In this document: positions 60,427 to 64,000 of the stretch, one piece after another
How positions within the stretch are numbered: position 1 is the stretch's first letter
Layout of the letters: every line of letters begins with the position of its first letter
Source: Nitrospirota bacterium
Lineage (GTDB): Bacteria; Nitrospirota; Thermodesulfovibrionia; Thermodesulfovibrionales; Dissulfurispiraceae
Direction: 5' to 3'
Length of the DNA stretch: 64,000 nt
NCBI GenBank assembly: GCA_963710375.1
Contig: CAVPZX010000009.1
Location: 32,001 to 96,000 of the forward strand
Position numbers and translations under genes: made by a program
The notes under the pieces: model-generated
The model's database searches: none
Told to the model about the DNA's origin: nothing
What the model saw: only the letters and a program-made list of their open reading frames with translations

Positions 60427-62124
60427 TCAATGTTCTTTTATTTTGTATTCCGCTATCCTTCTATAGATAGTGCTTCTGCTCAGTCCGAGAATATTTGCGG
60501 CTTTCGATTTGTTCCATGCTGTCCTTTCCAGGACCTGAATTATCGATTGTGGATCATCCTTAAGAGGAGTCTCGAAAGCTATCTTGTTCAAGCCGGTAGA
60601 ATGTATTAAATCTGCCGGAAGATCATTTATGGTAATAACCGGTTGCCGGCTCACAACAAAGGCATGCTCCATAACATGCTCCAATTCTCTCACATTGCCA
60701 GGCCATTGATATGTCATAAAAAGTCTCAGGACTTCTGAAGACACATCAATTATCTGTTTGCCCAACTTCTTATTCAGTTTATTCAAAAAATGGGGTATCA
60801 GGGCCGTTATATCCTCTTTTCTTTCCCTAAGAGGCGGCAAATGCAATTCCACGACTTTAAGCCTGTAATACAGGTCTTCTCGGAACCTGCCGAGCCTGAC
60901 CTTCTCTCTGAGATCGGCATTAGTGGCCGCTATGACACGGACATCGACTTTTATCGGGGTGGAATCTCCAACTCTTTCAAATTCCATTTTCTGAAGGACC
61001 CCGAGGAGCCTCAGTTGCATCCTGGAGGATATATCGCCTATCTCATCCAAAAAAATTGTGCCGCCGTCAGCCCTTTTGAACCGTCCTATCTCGTCCCTGA
61101 TGGCGCCGGTAAAGGCCCCTTTTATATGTCCGAACAATTCGCTCTCAAGAAGATCGTCGGACAGCGCCGTACAATTCACTTTCACAAACGGCTTTTCGCA
61201 TCTCGGTCCCCTGTAATGAACTGTCTCGGCCACAAGTCCCTTGCCGGTCCCGCTCTCTCCTGTCAGCAGGACAGTTGCCTCCACACCTGAAAGAGATTCA
61301 ATGAGTGTGTAAATTTTTTGCATATCCTCGCTTTTGCCTATAATATTGTCCATTTGGAATCGCTCATGAAGGTCCCGCTCCAGATTTGTCAAACGTGTTT
61401 CGTCTCTGGCAACCAGAACCACCCCTGACACTTTGCCCTGCTGATACACCAGCGGATATGAATTAAGATTCACAACCTGATGGGGGCGTTCTTTATGCCT
61501 GCATTCAAAGTGATGGATTTCGAGAGGCTGCCCGGTTTCAATGGTCCTTTTAATCACTTCCAGGCATTTCCCGTCGCATCCGCTCTGCGAAGGCGTAAAA
61601 GTCCTTCCAACAATATCCCGGGAATGTCCGCAGATAGCTGTTGCCGCCTCATTGACCTCTATAACGGTTAAATCAGTGTCCACGGTTATAATTGCGTCCC
61701 TTACACTCCTGAAGATCGCGTCGAGGTTGTAGCGGTACTTTTCCTTTTCGAGCGTCAGCGCCTTGAACTGCAGCGCGGTCTGCGCCGCTTTCAGTATGAC
61801 GTCGAGCCTAATAGGTTTAGGGATATAATCAAAGGCGCCAAGTCGAACAGCCTCGGATGCCGAATCGATATCGGGTACCCCTGTAATTATAATCACAGGG
61901 CACGTAATGTCTTTTTCCCTTATTTTGCGCAGTATATCTATCCCTGATCTGTTGCCTAAAATAATATCTGCGAAAATCAGATCGAAGTCGGCTTTGGTCA
62001 CGCAGGTCAGAGCTTCATCATAGGTTGCCGCTGTTGTTACTTCATAGCCTGCATCTGAAAGGATATTATCAAAAGCAAACCTTATGCTCTCTTCATCATC
62101 TATTACAAGGATTTTACTTCTCAT
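60427..62124 (-). CDS. Sigma-54-dependent response regulator with PAS domain
   Basis: Receiver, PAS, GESGTGKG, GAFTGA, WPGNVREL, Fis HTH. Confidence 0.93.
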   Translation of the reverse strand: MRSKILVIDDEESIRFAFDNILSDAGYEVTTAATYDEALTCVTKADFDLIFADIILGNRSGIDILRKIREKDITCPVIIITGVPDIDSASEAVRLGAFDYIPKPIRLDVILKAAQTALQFKALTLEKEKYRYNLDAIFRSVRDAIITVDTDLTVIEVNEAATAICGHSRDIVGRTFTPSQSGCDGKCLEVIKRTIETGQPLEIHHFECRHKERPHQVVNLNSYPLVYQQGKVSGVVLVARDETRLTNLERDLHERFQMDNIIGKSEDMQKIYTLIESLSGVEATVLLTGESGTGKGLVAETVHYRGPRCEKPFVKVNCTALSDDLLESELFGHIKGAFTGAIRDEIGRFKRADGGTIFLDEIGDISSRMQLRLLGVLQKMEFERVGDSTPIKVDVRVIAATNADLREKVRLGRFREDLYYRLKVVELHLPPLRERKEDITALIPHFLNKLNKKLGKQIIDVSSEVLRLFMTYQWPGNVRELEHVMEHAFVVSRQPVITINDLPADLIHSTGLNKIAFETPLKDDPQSIIQVLERTAWNKSKAANILGLSRSTIYRRIAEYKIKEH

Positions 62125-64000
62125 TATCTTCACCCCGCCTCGACGCCGGAAGATCAATTATGACCTTTGTAAAATTTCCTTCAACGCTCTCAATCGTCAT
62201 CATACCGTTATGGTCGGTGATAATACCGTGGCTGATACTCAATCCCAATCCAGTGCCTAAGCCCGCAGGCTTGGTCGAAAAAAAGGGGTCCGCTACTTTG
62301 TCGAGCAAGTCCCTGGATATGCCGGTCCCATTGTCCAGGAATATTGTCCGCACATAGGGCATATTATTCTTTATTATTTTCGCAAATGTGATCCGAATCT
62401 GTTTGTCGCCGGATGTGCCGTCATACTTCTGGGTCAAGGCATATCGTGAATTATTTATGACATTCAAAAAAACCTGCTCTATCTGCTGAAAATTCGCTAT
62501 GACAGGCAGGAGTTCCGGCATACCTGATAACTTGATCTCGACTCCGTCTTTCTTTAACATCGCCTTTGTCAGAGCAAGGACTTCAGAAATAATATCTTCA
62601 ATCCTGACTGGGCGCTTGTCATCACCCCCCTGCCTGGCAAAAGAAAGAAGACCCTTGACAATGTCCGCAACGCGGACGCCTTCTTTTATGATCCGGTTGG
62701 CAATTTCCTTCTCCTTGCTGCCTTCAGCATATTTGTCCAATAACATCTCGGCACAGCTTATGATACCGGTCATGGGATTGTTGATTTCATGCGCCACGCC
62801 GGCAGCCAGTTCGCCAATGGAAGCAAGACGCCCAGTCCTCGCTCTCTCCGACTGCAACTTAGATCTTTCGGCTTCGAGGGTAAACCTGTAAACCGCTTCT
62901 CCAATAATATGGGATAATGACTCGATAGACTCGAGAGTTCGCATCGATAACCTGTTTTCTGTTTTGTCTGCTATATGAATGGCCCCGAGTATGGTATCGT
63001 CATGCCGGATCGGGATTATAGTTACACTCGCAAAGCCATACTTTACACATGTTCCCCTGTATCTCTTCCTTTGCTCGATTGAAAGTCCGGCAACAAAATC
63101 CATCATGTTATTGCAGTGGAATGAGCCGTTGGATGTCACATTGTGCATATCCTGGACTTCAAAATCTCCCTTAACCGTCCGGGTGCAGGCGCATTGGTCC
63201 CCGCGGATTGAAAGTAAATTCTCCGATTCCCAGAATTCCCTGCTGAAGCCGGTATAGCATCCGTATGGTATCATCCCTTCTTCATTCAGCACCCTGATGC
63301 CGACACATTCACAGCCGCTCCAAATACTGATTTTTTTCACAACCTCATCAAAATATTCTTTGGCCGAAGCCTTTTGAGAAAAAAGTTTCAGCAGCTCATT
63401 TGTTGACGCCATATGCTTTTCGATCTCTTTTCGCTTGGCGATATCAAACATTGTGGCACGGCCCATGATGAAATTGCCTTCCGCATCCTTGATAGCGGCT
63501 GAGCTCAGAAGCACCGGCAGTATGGACCCATCCTTGCGGACCATTTCGTATTCCAGGTCACATATCCACCCCTGTTTTTTAAAAACAGGAAACATCGCCT
63601 TGAATAACTTCAGACTTCCGGGTGTGATAATGTCTGGAAACCGCATCTTCCCGATCACCTCATCCCTCGTGTAGCCAAGCCATGAAAGCTCGGTATTGTT
63701 AATTCGTACAAATACTCCGTCCTTGTCCAGAGAGTGATAGCCACACGGGGCATTGTTGTAAAGATCATTTATTTCATCGGCAAACTTCCGCTGCAATTGT
63801 TCCGCCTGCTTCTGCAAGGTTATGTCTCGGATAAAGGCCCACATCCCGGTTGGAGCGCCCTTTTCATTCCTGACGAGATAAGCCGTCAGTTCGACGGGAA
63901 AAATGGTGCCGTCCTTTTTTATATACTCCTTCTGGTAAGGGTCTGAAAAACCCCTCGTCATTACCTGCTCCCTGAGAATCCTGTTCTCAGCGGCGCGCCA
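62114..64000 (-). CDS. PAS/GAF sensor histidine kinase; gene starts beyond the window end
   Basis: PAS/PAC domains, Cys-rich GAF, AHEINNP, GTGLGL; frame is open to the window edge. Confidence 0.9.
   Translation of the reverse strand, partial: WRAAENRILREQVMTRGFSDPYQKEYIKKDGTIFPVELTAYLVRNEKGAPTGMWAFIRDITLQKQAEQLQRKFADEINDLYNNAPCGYHSLDKDGVFVRINNTELSWLGYTRDEVIGKMRFPDIITPGSLKLFKAMFPVFKKQGWICDLEYEMVRKDGSILPVLLSSAAIKDAEGNFIMGRATMFDIAKRKEIEKHMASTNELLKLFSQKASAKEYFDEVVKKISIWSGCECVGIRVLNEEGMIPYGCYTGFSREFWESENLLSIRGDQCACTRTVKGDFEVQDMHNVTSNGSFHCNNMMDFVAGLSIEQRKRYRGTCVKYGFASVTIIPIRHDDTILGAIHIADKTENRLSMRTLESIESLSHIIGEAVYRFTLEAERSKLQSERARTGRLASIGELAAGVAHEINNPMTGIISCAEMLLDKYAEGSKEKEIANRIIKEGVRVADIVKGLLSFARQGGDDKRPVRIEDIISEVLALTKAMLKKDGVEIKLSGMPELLPVIANFQQIEQVFLNVINNSRYALTQKYDGTSGDKQIRITFAKIIKNNMPYVRTIFLDNGTGISRDLLDKVADPFFSTKPAGLGTGLGLSISHGIITDHNGMMTIESVEGNFTKVIIDLPASRRGEDNEK

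Overview
A 64-kb chromosomal segment from an anaerobic, selenocysteine-using bacterium. Gene content and style suggest Nitrospirota/Thermodesulfovibrionia or a Desulfobacterota-like lineage; this is an inference, not a database result. Most of the window is housekeeping: addAB, hpt, queD, queE, pmbA, alaS, recX, recA, thpR, pgpA, ppdK, bioB and chemotaxis genes. It also has a HigBA-like toxin-antitoxin pair, a Sec-containing formate dehydrogenase with an unusual NuoF-GltD fusion partner, a CMD-protein/ArsS(Sec)/YedF neighbourhood, two sigma-54 modules and an OmpR-type two-component/DegP locus. The main observations are: (1) six genes, including recA, are each broken by one extra base, and all six restore to a CAGCT(C/G) site, probably a methylation-linked long-read basecalling artefact that points to a DNA modification motif; (2) at least eight intergenic inverted tandem 6/7-mer hairpin elements share one architecture but use different units; (3) a two-component system flanked by a duplicated 39-bp promoter precedes a signal-peptide ORF ending in an RSPP arrest-like motif, an intact but catalytically dead IS3 integrase core, and degP; (4) two UGA-Sec readthroughs have SECIS-like hairpins; (5) a rod-like MITE and several probable leaderless genes. 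I recognised no rRNA, tRNA or CRISPR array.
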